The notes below the pieces were generated by a model that worked only from the letters and a program-made list of their open reading frames with translations, did not search any database and was not told the origin of the DNA. DNA of 64,000 nt, from positions 30,472 to 94,471 of the forward strand of contig CBFGRV010000003.1 in NCBI GenBank assembly GCA_965651265.1. Reading direction: 5' to 3'. Shown here piece by piece: positions 48,277 through 57,163 of the stretch. The translations under genes and the position numbers were made by a program. Position 1 is the stretch's first letter; the number at the start of each line of letters is the position of its first letter. The DNA comes from an uncultured Rhodothermales bacterium. Its GTDB lineage: Bacteria > Bacteroidota > Rhodothermia > Rhodothermales > VXPQ01.

Positions 48277-51200
48277 ATGCATCTAATATCACCGATGGCT
48301 TTCAAGTCTCTTCCCTTCATCGCTTTCTCCCTCCTCCTCACCGTGGGGGCGTATGGCCAGACGCCGATCGACGTCCCTGAGCGAGGCTGGAGTGCCGAGC
48401 AGATGGGCGCCTGGCTGGATCGAATGGCCATGTCCGGCCAGCCTACCTACTATCAGGATTGCCCCGACTTCACGAACCGTCGCGACGCCATCCTGAACGG
48501 CAATAAGATCACGACGCAGATCACGAATTTTGGGTCGATTTCCGCTCCGGGCAACCGGATCACCGACATCGTCTGGAACGGCCTCGGGTACGGCTTCGAG
48601 TTCGGCCCCTTTGTCGCCGCCGAGGTGGTCGATGAAGGTCGTCGCGATCCGCAAAGCGTGCCGAAGCGCGACGCCAATGGAAACATCGTGACCGACGCCC
48701 AGGGAGACACGATCTATGTGATGCACATCGTGTCCGACGGGCTCGTCTCGGGTGGTGGCGAGGTCTCGCCGGACGGCTCCCAGCGGTGGGGATGGCAACC
48801 GATCCCGTGTGCACAGCCCGTGGGCAATTTCGCGGGCATACAGGTCGTAAATCCGAATTCGGATCGCATCCCGACGAGTGACGATCGCGACGCGGATCTC
48901 GACGGCAAGCCCGACCCGTGGCCTGAGGACTGGTACAACGAGAACCTCGGGGAGTACGTCTGGCCCGGCGCGCTGCAGCAGGGCGCGTCCAACGCCGACA
49001 AGGAGGCCCTCTACTTCATGAACGACTACCAGAACCGGGAATTTTACTACTTCCCCTTCCCGAGCGATTCGTCGAGGCGAGGCCTGGGCCTCGAAATGGA
49101 GGTGCGCCTCTACCAGTGGGCCAACCCGCTGGCCGAGGATGCCATATTCCTCATCTACAAAATCACGAACAAGAGCGAGAAGGACCTCGAACGCGTCCGC
49201 TTCGGGATGTGGGGCGACCCGCACGTTGGAGGTGCGAGCGACTACCACGACGACCTCGCCTTCTTCGATCGTAGCCTCAACATGGTATTTACGTGGGATG
49301 CCGACGGTCGATCCGATGTCGCCGGACGTGCCCCCGGGTACTTCGGCTACAAGTTCCTAGAGAGCCCCGGACTCGGTAATGAATGCATCGGGGGGCGCGG
49401 CGCGAACGTGGCGGAATGCGAGGCGTCGGGCGGGCGATTCATTCCCGGAGACGGCATCGACAACGACGGCGATGGAATGATCGATGAGTCGTGGACGGAC
49501 GGCATCGACAACGATGGCGACTGGAATCCCGAGACGGATGACGTCGGGATCGACGGCATTCCCGGCACAGGCGATTTCGGCGAGGGCGACGGCCTGCCGA
49601 CGGCCGGCGACCAATTCGACATCACGAAGCCGGGCGAACCCAACTTCGAGTTCACGGACATCGACGAGAGCGACATGATCGGCTTGACGTCCTTCGCCTC
49701 ACCACTTTACGGATCGGTGTGGAGTGACGAGGACTTCCGCGTCTGGAATCTCGTCGAGCCCGGAAACTTCGACGATATCCCGACGGAGCCGGCCGACTAC
49801 CTCTTCATTTACGGTGCGGGCGACTTCAAGCTGCATGCGGGCGAGACGAAGCGGTTCTCTATTGCGCTGCTCGTAGGCGAGAGCCTCGATGACCTCATGC
49901 TGAATGCCCAGACCGTGCAACAGATCTACGATGTGGGCTATCGGTTCGCGAAGCCGCCTGAGAAACCCACGGTGCAGGCCGTACCGGGCGACCGCAAGGT
50001 GACGCTCTACTGGGACGACGCGGCCGAGCGATCGCTCGATCCCCTGACGAACGAATTCGACTTCGAGGGCTATGTCATCTATCGGTCAACCGATCACGAG
50101 TTCAGTGATCAGCAGACCATCACGGACATCAACGGCACCCGTTTTCTGTTTCGCCCACTGACGGATGCGCGAGGCGTCGAAGCGAAGTTCGATCTCGAAA
50201 ATGGAATCACCGGGCCTGCACCGATCCCCTACCCCGGCCGGGGCGTCTCGTACGACCTGGGCGAGGATACGGGTCTGTTCCACACCTACGTGGACTCGAA
50301 CAATGTCCAGAACGGTCAGACCTACTATTACGCCGTCGTGGCCTACGACCGCGGTTTCGTCGGTGATGCCGGGGCGGGCTTCGAGGGGGGCATCGCGCCG
50401 AGCGAGACGGCAAAGACCATCACTTTCGACCCGACGACGGATACCCACATCTTCGACGTCAATACGGTGGCCGTGACGCCCGGCCCGCGTGTGGCGGGAT
50501 ACGTCGAGCCATCACTCGAGATCAGTCACGCGGCAGGCAATGGAACGGGTAGCGTCGACGTTCGGATCGTGGATGAGCTCGCCGTTCCCCCGGACAATAC
50601 CTTCCGGGTGGATTTCGACGAGGTCGACGGCCAAATCGTCTACACGATCACGGATCAAAAGCCGACCTCGATCGAAATCACCGCGCGCCCCGGTCAGTTC
50701 TCCGGGCTGGGCCACGCTCACATCATCCCGTCGTCCTTCTCCCTCACAACGCTCGACGGCGGCGCGCTCCAGGCCGGCACCGACTTCGAGCTGAATGCGG
50801 ATGCCGGAACGGTTCATATTCTCGAGGGCGGTAGCGTGCAGCCGTTCCAGCAACTGGTCGCCACCTTCCGATACTCGCCGATCTACCGAAGCAACCTTCT
50901 GAGTGGCGAGGAGGCCAATTTGGTCTTCAGCGGGCTGCATGTGTTCGTGGAGGATGAGGAACTCGCCATCAACACGGACTTGACAGGATGGGCCGCGGGG
51001 GATGTATCGATTCCGGGCGACGTTCGAGTCGCTACGGCGGGCCCCGGGCGGCGGCCGCAGCCGTCCGACTACGAGGTTCGGTTCGCGGATTCGAACATCG
51101 GGACATCCTTCAACAACAACGTCCCTGTTCCCTTCGAGGTGGTCAACCTGACGCGTGCCAATGAGACGATCTCGGTCTTCACGCCCGATGGTAATCGCAA

Positions 51201-51735
51201 TGGGGTCTGGGATCTGAACGAGCCCATCATCTTCCTCGAAGATGTCGATGGGCAGATGATCGCGACGTGGGAGGTTCGGCTGAATCCGGGTCCGGATGCG
51301 CCGATGCCGGGCAACGGAGACGTCTTCCTCGTGGTTACGCACAAGCCCTTCACCGACGCGGACGTCTTCACCTTCACGACCCGGAGTGCGGCTGTGGACG
51401 AGCAGCTTGCATCCCAACAGCTGCAGAATATCTACGTGGTCCCGAACCCGTACGTCGCCACCAGCGAGATCGAGCCGCTGAACCCGATCGCCAATACCGA
51501 ACGCGGCGATCGGAGGCTCTACTTCGCGAATCTTCCCCAGGAAGCCACTATCCGCATTTACTCGCTCGCCGGTGAGCTCATCGACACGATCGAGCACCGG
51601 AGCACGATGGACGACGGCAAGGCGTTCTGGGATCTGCGGACGAAGGAGAATATGAATATCTCCTACGGCCTCTACATCTACCACGTCGATTCGCCGCACG
51701 GTTCGTTCGTCGGCAAATTTGCGGTGATAAAATGA
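48277..51735 (+). CDS. Large secreted hypothetical protein with DGIDND repeats, Fn3-like domain and atypical 'VVPNPY' CTD
   Basis: Signal peptide; DGIDNDGD x2; PGDRKVTLYW...FEGY.IYRS...YYYAV; C-terminal VVPNPY...GKFAVIK. Confidence 0.8.
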   Translation: MHLISPMAFKSLPFIAFSLLLTVGAYGQTPIDVPERGWSAEQMGAWLDRMAMSGQPTYYQDCPDFTNRRDAILNGNKITTQITNFGSISAPGNRITDIVWNGLGYGFEFGPFVAAEVVDEGRRDPQSVPKRDANGNIVTDAQGDTIYVMHIVSDGLVSGGGEVSPDGSQRWGWQPIPCAQPVGNFAGIQVVNPNSDRIPTSDDRDADLDGKPDPWPEDWYNENLGEYVWPGALQQGASNADKEALYFMNDYQNREFYYFPFPSDSSRRGLGLEMEVRLYQWANPLAEDAIFLIYKITNKSEKDLERVRFGMWGDPHVGGASDYHDDLAFFDRSLNMVFTWDADGRSDVAGRAPGYFGYKFLESPGLGNECIGGRGANVAECEASGGRFIPGDGIDNDGDGMIDESWTDGIDNDGDWNPETDDVGIDGIPGTGDFGEGDGLPTAGDQFDITKPGEPNFEFTDIDESDMIGLTSFASPLYGSVWSDEDFRVWNLVEPGNFDDIPTEPADYLFIYGAGDFKLHAGETKRFSIALLVGESLDDLMLNAQTVQQIYDVGYRFAKPPEKPTVQAVPGDRKVTLYWDDAAERSLDPLTNEFDFEGYVIYRSTDHEFSDQQTITDINGTRFLFRPLTDARGVEAKFDLENGITGPAPIPYPGRGVSYDLGEDTGLFHTYVDSNNVQNGQTYYYAVVAYDRGFVGDAGAGFEGGIAPSETAKTITFDPTTDTHIFDVNTVAVTPGPRVAGYVEPSLEISHAAGNGTGSVDVRIVDELAVPPDNTFRVDFDEVDGQIVYTITDQKPTSIEITARPGQFSGLGHAHIIPSSFSLTTLDGGALQAGTDFELNADAGTVHILEGGSVQPFQQLVATFRYSPIYRSNLLSGEEANLVFSGLHVFVEDEELAINTDLTGWAAGDVSIPGDVRVATAGPGRRPQPSDYEVRFADSNIGTSFNNNVPVPFEVVNLTRANETISVFTPDGNRNGVWDLNEPIIFLEDVDGQMIATWEVRLNPGPDAPMPGNGDVFLVVTHKPFTDADVFTFTTRSAAVDEQLASQQLQNIYVVPNPYVATSEIEPLNPIANTERGDRRLYFANLPQEATIRIYSLAGELIDTIEHRSTMDDGKAFWDLRTKENMNISYGLYIYHVDSPHGSFVGKFAVIK

Positions 51736-51788
51736 GGGTTGCTGATTGACGCCGGCAGAACCTCGGCGAAAGATGGGTACTTAGAGAT

Positions 51789-52856
51789 ATGACACGACGC
51801 ATGAAGCGATACACGACACTCCTGGCTGCTCTCCTCTTGATTCCTTCCGTGGCCCTTGCACAGGAGCAGGCGCCGTCCGAGGATGGCGCACCCGGCGGCA
51901 AAACGGTCACCAAGTCAGGGACGACGGCCGCGCAGTTCCTGAAGCTCGGCGTCGGCGCCCGGCCCATCGCGATGGGCGGCGCCTTCGTTGCGGAGGCAAG
52001 CGATCTATCCGCGCTCTACTGGAATCCCGCGGGACTCGCGAGTCTCCGCGGAGCAAGCGTTTCGCTCGCGCACACGGAGTACCTGGCCGACGTGAACTAC
52101 AGCTTCGCCGCCTTCGGCACGTCTCTCGGAAACTGGGGAACGTTGGCTGCGGCCATCCTCTACCTCGACTCGGGCGACATGACCGTCCGCACGATCGAGC
52201 AGCCTGAGGGGACCGGTGAGCAATTCAAGGTTCAAAATTTTGCCATCCAGCTCTCCTATGCCCGCGCGCTGACGGATCGATTCTCGCTCGGGGTCAACAC
52301 AAAGTACGTCCAGGAGCGCATCTGGCACAGCTCGGCGTCGACCCTGGCACTGGACATCGGCACGCTCTTCACGACGCCTTATGAGCGGCTGCGACTCGGA
52401 GCGAGCTTCTCGAATTTCGGCCCTAAAATGCAGATGAGTGGGCGCGACATCGTATTTAGCTACGATCCCGTTCCCGGGCAGGCCGGAAACGTCGAGATCG
52501 TCAACGCCGAGTATCTGATGGAGGAGCATCCACTTCCCCTCCTCTTCAGAATCGGTCTCTCGTGGGATGCTGTTCACACCGCCGACCACCGCATCGTGCT
52601 CTCGACCGATGCCGCTCACCCGAACGACAACTACGAGTACGTCAACTTCGGGGCCGAGTACGACTTTCGTGGGCTGATCGCGCTGCGTGGTGGGTACCGC
52701 AACCTATTCGAGCAGGATGGCGAGCAGGGCTGGACGTTCGGCGGCGGATTGAACCTGCGCATGGACAGCGGGCTGCGAGCCGGATTCGACTACGCCTACG
52801 CCGATTTCGGGCGCCTCGACGCTACCCATTGGTTTACGGTGAACCTGGGATTCTAG
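51789..52856 (+). CDS. PorV/PorQ family outer membrane beta-barrel
   Basis: AQFLKLGVGARPIAMGGA, ALYWNPAGLA, LRGGY and DYAY; C-terminal Phe. Confidence 0.88.
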   Translation: MTRRMKRYTTLLAALLLIPSVALAQEQAPSEDGAPGGKTVTKSGTTAAQFLKLGVGARPIAMGGAFVAEASDLSALYWNPAGLASLRGASVSLAHTEYLADVNYSFAAFGTSLGNWGTLAAAILYLDSGDMTVRTIEQPEGTGEQFKVQNFAIQLSYARALTDRFSLGVNTKYVQERIWHSSASTLALDIGTLFTTPYERLRLGASFSNFGPKMQMSGRDIVFSYDPVPGQAGNVEIVNAEYLMEEHPLPLLFRIGLSWDAVHTADHRIVLSTDAAHPNDNYEYVNFGAEYDFRGLIALRGGYRNLFEQDGEQGWTFGGGLNLRMDSGLRAGFDYAYADFGRLDATHWFTVNLGF

Positions 52857-52893
52857 CCGCAGCGTGCGGAGCGCGCGACGGCGCCGGCAGCGG

Positions 52894-54810
52894 TTACCGG
52901 ATCAGTGTCATCGATCTGGTAACACGACGGCCGTTCACGGTCAAGGCGTAGAAGTACGTTCCTGTGGCCAACTCGGGGCCGGCTTCAAACCTCACTTCGT
53001 AGGTACCGGGGGCCAACTGCTGCTCGATGAGGGAGGTGACGGTCCGCCCAAGGACATCGTACACCTCCAGCGTGACATCTCCAGGGCTTTGTAGGCCGAA
53101 TCGTATGGTGGTCGCGTCCTTGAAGGGGTCCGGGAAGTTCTGTTCCAGCTCAAACGTGAACGCCGGCACCTCCTCGATCGCTGTGGCGCGGCCCTCGAGA
53201 GAAACGAAGTTGCTTGTCTCGCTTTCGATCGAATTACGGCTCACCGCCGTCACGGCGTAAAAGTAGGGGTCGTCGGCGATGCCGGGATTGTCCGTGATGG
53301 ACGTATCGCCGGTCAGCGCCACGAGATTCCGTGGGTCGGCCACGATCTCTTCAGGGCTGGGCTCTACCGGCGTCCGCATCCGGTAGACGGCAAAGAACTG
53401 GGGCCGATCGCTTCCCTCGCCCTCCGGCGGCGCCCACGTGAGCGTGACCTCGTCGGAGCCTGTCCATTCGTACGCGAGCGACGAGACCGGAGGCGGCGAT
53501 GTCATATCCTTCCACTCCATCATGGGCGTCAGGGCCGGATGGCGGAAAAGGTCGTTCGCCAGGGAGTCTGCGATCCTTCCCGCGTTGCTCGTGATGTCCA
53601 GCGTGCGGAAAAAGACACTGCCCTGGATGTCCTCGTGCATCCGATTGAATCGAACCTGGCGCTGCACCTCGCCGGGACCGTAGATCGCATCTGCCTTGTA
53701 GACCGCGAGACCCGGGTAAATGTGCCGTCCATTCGAAGCGGTCTGATCGCTCCACCACGTCGCCAGTGCCCCGTAATCCTGTGCGCCCCCGAAGGCCCAG
53801 TAAAGCTGAGGTGTCAGGTAATCGAGCGACTGCTGCTCGAGCCACGCCACGGCATCCGCGTAGAGCACATTGTAGGCATCCAGCCCAACGATGCCGGGCG
53901 GAACCCCGTTCTTCCAGATTCCGAACGGGCTAATGCCGAAGGCCACATCCGGCCGGATGGCCTGAATGGTGTCGGACACGCCTTGGACGAACACGTTGAT
54001 GTTGTTGCGCCGCCAGTCGCCGATATTGCCGATGCCGTCCTCGTTGTATGTTGCGTAGGTCTCGGCGTCCTCGTCCGTGATTTGGTCGGGTGGATATGGA
54101 TAGAAGTAGTCATCGAAGTGTACGCCGTCCACATCGTATCGCGTGACGACATCGGCGATCACGTCTGTGACGTATTGTCGGACAGCGGGAATGCCGGGAT
54201 TCAGAATCTTCAGATTCCCGAAATCGAGAATCCATTCCGGATGCTCAACGGTGACATGGTTCGGAGCGGGGGTATAGAGCCCGCGATCCGCGCGATATGG
54301 ATTGAACCATGCGTGGAGCTCCATTCCACGCTTGTGGGCCTCCTCGATGGCAAACTCCAGCGGATCGTAGAACGGGTCTGGCACCTTACCCTGTTCTCCC
54401 GTGAGCACATACGACCAGGGCTCGATCTCGGACTCGTACAGGGCGTCGGCTTCGGGTCTCACCTGGAAGAAAACTGCGTTCATACCAAGTGCCTTCAGAT
54501 CGTCGAGTAGCGCGACGAGCTCCGCTTTTTGATTCTCGGTGCCGTTGGTCTTCGGCCAATCCAGCCTCGAGACCGTGGCGATCCACGCCGCGCGGAATTC
54601 ATGCTTCGGAATGGCCGTCTGGCCCCATGCGATCATGTGCGTGCTGGACAATACGAGTGCACAGAGCGCGAGCCGGGTGAGGGACCGCCGACACCGCCTT
54701 CGCCTGCGGATGGGCTGTTCTACGTCAGGCTCCAGCACGGCGGAGATTGGTGCGATGATCATACTACCAAGTTCTTGAAGGGCGATAAGGCCGGCACAGC
54801 GTAAAGTCAC
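52894..54810 (-). CDS. Glycoside hydrolase-like family 10 (GHL10, YddW/DigH-like) + Fn3 + T9SS CTD
   Basis: EFRAAWIATV..DWP, FQVRP, HAWFNPYR, DGVHFDDYFYPY, ISPFGIW and DYLTPQLYW; QNFPDPF tail. True start may lie downstream of GTG 54810. Confidence 0.9.
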   Translation of the reverse strand: MTLRCAGLIALQELGSMIIAPISAVLEPDVEQPIRRRRRCRRSLTRLALCALVLSSTHMIAWGQTAIPKHEFRAAWIATVSRLDWPKTNGTENQKAELVALLDDLKALGMNAVFFQVRPEADALYESEIEPWSYVLTGEQGKVPDPFYDPLEFAIEEAHKRGMELHAWFNPYRADRGLYTPAPNHVTVEHPEWILDFGNLKILNPGIPAVRQYVTDVIADVVTRYDVDGVHFDDYFYPYPPDQITDEDAETYATYNEDGIGNIGDWRRNNINVFVQGVSDTIQAIRPDVAFGISPFGIWKNGVPPGIVGLDAYNVLYADAVAWLEQQSLDYLTPQLYWAFGGAQDYGALATWWSDQTASNGRHIYPGLAVYKADAIYGPGEVQRQVRFNRMHEDIQGSVFFRTLDITSNAGRIADSLANDLFRHPALTPMMEWKDMTSPPPVSSLAYEWTGSDEVTLTWAPPEGEGSDRPQFFAVYRMRTPVEPSPEEIVADPRNLVALTGDTSITDNPGIADDPYFYAVTAVSRNSIESETSNFVSLEGRATAIEEVPAFTFELEQNFPDPFKDATTIRFGLQSPGDVTLEVYDVLGRTVTSLIEQQLAPGTYEVRFEAGPELATGTYFYALTVNGRRVTRSMTLIR

Positions 54811-55973
54811 TAGGGACCGTCACGCTGCGTGTAGATGCTCAGAATCCTGCCCGGATTCTCCGGCAGGTCCGTGCGGGATAGATAGAGGGTTGCACCCTCC
54901 CCCCATGCAAGGGAAAACGCTGGGGGCGCGATCAGGCCCGGGTAGAAAATCTCGTAGGAGCCATCGGGCTCCACGATAAAGAGCGGATCATCCGCCGATG
55001 AGCCCACAAATAGCGCCCCGTCCGCCGTGGCGGCAAGAGACATGCCGACAGCACTACCCTGAGAGGCTTCGGTCAAATTGAAAAACAGCTCACCGTCGCT
55101 CAAAGCACCATTATTGATTGGGTAGCGCATAATGATATACTCGCCATCCAGAAGGAGCATCACATACAGGACGCCCCCGTGAGCCTCCAGGGCTCTAATG
55201 GTGCCTCCGACCTCGTACCCGGTAAGCTCGCCGGCTAGGTTTGCGGCGAACACTACACCGCCGCGGCCGCCGGCCCATACGGTCCCTGCCGCATCGATGG
55301 ATAGTGCCGTGAAGCGTATGGAGCGATCGGACGTAGAAGTCCAATTCTCCGGCTCGCCACCATCAGGTGGGAAGCGGAAGATGATGCCGGAGTTGCGGAC
55401 GCCGTAGAGGTGGCCGCCTGGACCGAACTCGATCGCATCCCATCTGAAAGCTGCCGAACTGAAGACTTCTCGCGTTCCATCTTCAAAGATACGCACGATG
55501 CCCTGCGGGACGTCGTTCGCGGCAATCGAAGCATAGAGGTTGTATTCGTCGTCGGTCGCGATCGCGAAGGTCTCTTCGAAATCCCCGATGCCGCCAAACT
55601 CTCTGATCGCGGGCTGCAACGTATAGGACATCGAGTTGCTCAGTTTTTCGGCCCCGACGACGGCAACCCGCACATTGATGCCTGATTTGGCGAGGTTCGG
55701 GCTCGCCACGACCAGCTGCGTAGACGTTGCCGAAATGACCTGCGCCCGCTGCGCATCGAAGTAGACGATATTCTCGGCGGGAGTATCGGAGAAGTTTTCG
55801 CCCATGATCGTCACGGTACCGATCCCCGCCAACCACTCACCTTCCGGCTGGATGCTCGTGATGGTCGGGTCCGGCATGAAGGCGCGACTCTCGTCGTACA
55901 GGGAAGGGCCGGGCGTCGTGTCGCACCCCATTGCCAGCAACAGTAAAAGCGAAACCACCGCAGGATACTTCAT
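54810..55973 (-). CDS. IPT/TIG-domain beta-propeller lipoprotein
   Basis: Lipobox AMG-C; PTITSIQP...TIMGENF...N.VYF IPT motif, then propeller-like repeats. Confidence 0.8.
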   Translation of the reverse strand: MKYPAVVSLLLLLAMGCDTTPGPSLYDESRAFMPDPTITSIQPEGEWLAGIGTVTIMGENFSDTPAENIVYFDAQRAQVISATSTQLVVASPNLAKSGINVRVAVVGAEKLSNSMSYTLQPAIREFGGIGDFEETFAIATDDEYNLYASIAANDVPQGIVRIFEDGTREVFSSAAFRWDAIEFGPGGHLYGVRNSGIIFRFPPDGGEPENWTSTSDRSIRFTALSIDAAGTVWAGGRGGVVFAANLAGELTGYEVGGTIRALEAHGGVLYVMLLLDGEYIIMRYPINNGALSDGELFFNLTEASQGSAVGMSLAATADGALFVGSSADDPLFIVEPDGSYEIFYPGLIAPPAFSLAWGEGATLYLSRTDLPENPGRILSIYTQRDGP

Positions 55974-56078
55974 AAGTCCCTGATCACGACGGTATCGTCC
56001 GCCTGGTCGAATATGGCCTGGAATCATCATCCTTGAATTAGTCCTGGTACGCCGGAAGTCTGCTCATAGGGATGCCTG

Positions 56079-57098
56079 TCAGAAGGATAGCTGCAGGCCG
56101 ATGCGATGAATGCCGCTGAAGACGCCGTAGTCCGAGTAGGCGTAATCGCCGCCCAGCGTGATCCCGCCCACGGTCCGGTGGATCCCGACCCCGGCGTGAA
56201 TCCCCTGAACGTCGGTCGGGAAAATGTATCCGGCTCGCAGGGAAATCGTATTCAAGAAGGTGTATTCACCACCGATCTTGATCTGTTCGTCGAAATCACG
56301 CGGACTCTCCGTATCGATGGCCACGACGAAGGAGTGGTTCTCGCTCCCGGGTGACATGAGATCCAGGACATTCATCGCGACGCCGATCTTGAGGAGCAGG
56401 GGAAGCTCGAAGCTTTCCTCGGCATATTCGATGTCACGCGCGAAATTCCGCGCGGCAACGGCAAACGTGAGGCTCCGGAATCCCGTGTCGTACATCATCC
56501 CGAAATCGAATGCGATGGCGCTCTCGTCATTGGCGGCGCGTTCGTACCCGTCTTCCACCACGGACATCACGGAATTGCCGAGATCCTGACCCACGTATTT
56601 CACGTGCCCCCCGATCGAGAATCGATCGCTGAGTGCGCGGGCGTATCCGAATCCGAAACTCATGGCCGATGGAGAAAACGTGCCGAGGTCGAGAAAGCCC
56701 TGCTCGTTGTCCGCTCTAATCGTTTCCTCGATCTCGCCGTAGTCGGCATGGACGAAGGAAAACGCGAAGACACCGAGACGACCTCCCATGGGTCGGAGGG
56801 AAAGACTCGCGAAGTTGTAGGCCACATCAACAAACCAGTCGGTCTGGGCCACGGCGGCGTGTAGGAAATCTTCCTGATAGGCCATACCGGCCGGGTTATA
56901 GAAGATCGACGTCGATCCACCGCGCATAGCGGTCACCGCGTCGCCCAGCGCGGCCGCCCTGGGATCCGCCGATATGTTGAGGAACTTCATCGTCGTTCGG
57001 GCAAGCTTCTGCCGATTGGCATCCTCCTGAGCGTGCGAGCGCGGAGCGATAGCCGCCACCACCATGAGAAGAGAGAGGATCGAAGTTATATACTTCAT
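56079..57098 (-). CDS. PorV/PorQ family outer membrane beta-barrel
   Basis: MKFLNISADPRAAALGDA, IFYNPAGMA, LRAGY and DYAY; C-terminal Phe. Confidence 0.88.
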   Translation of the reverse strand: MKYITSILSLLMVVAAIAPRSHAQEDANRQKLARTTMKFLNISADPRAAALGDAVTAMRGGSTSIFYNPAGMAYQEDFLHAAVAQTDWFVDVAYNFASLSLRPMGGRLGVFAFSFVHADYGEIEETIRADNEQGFLDLGTFSPSAMSFGFGYARALSDRFSIGGHVKYVGQDLGNSVMSVVEDGYERAANDESAIAFDFGMMYDTGFRSLTFAVAARNFARDIEYAEESFELPLLLKIGVAMNVLDLMSPGSENHSFVVAIDTESPRDFDEQIKIGGEYTFLNTISLRAGYIFPTDVQGIHAGVGIHRTVGGITLGGDYAYSDYGVFSGIHRIGLQLSF

Positions 57099-57163
57099 TG
57101 GAGCATGCATTCGGTTTGCTCGGTCGGCCGCAACCATCGGCGCGCGATTTCGAACTCAGTGAA

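Noticed and set aside
49448-49520. Direct DNA repeat GACGGCATCGACAACGA as a possible CRISPR or mobile repeat
   Set aside because: Only two copies, in frame, encoding DGIDND protein repeats.
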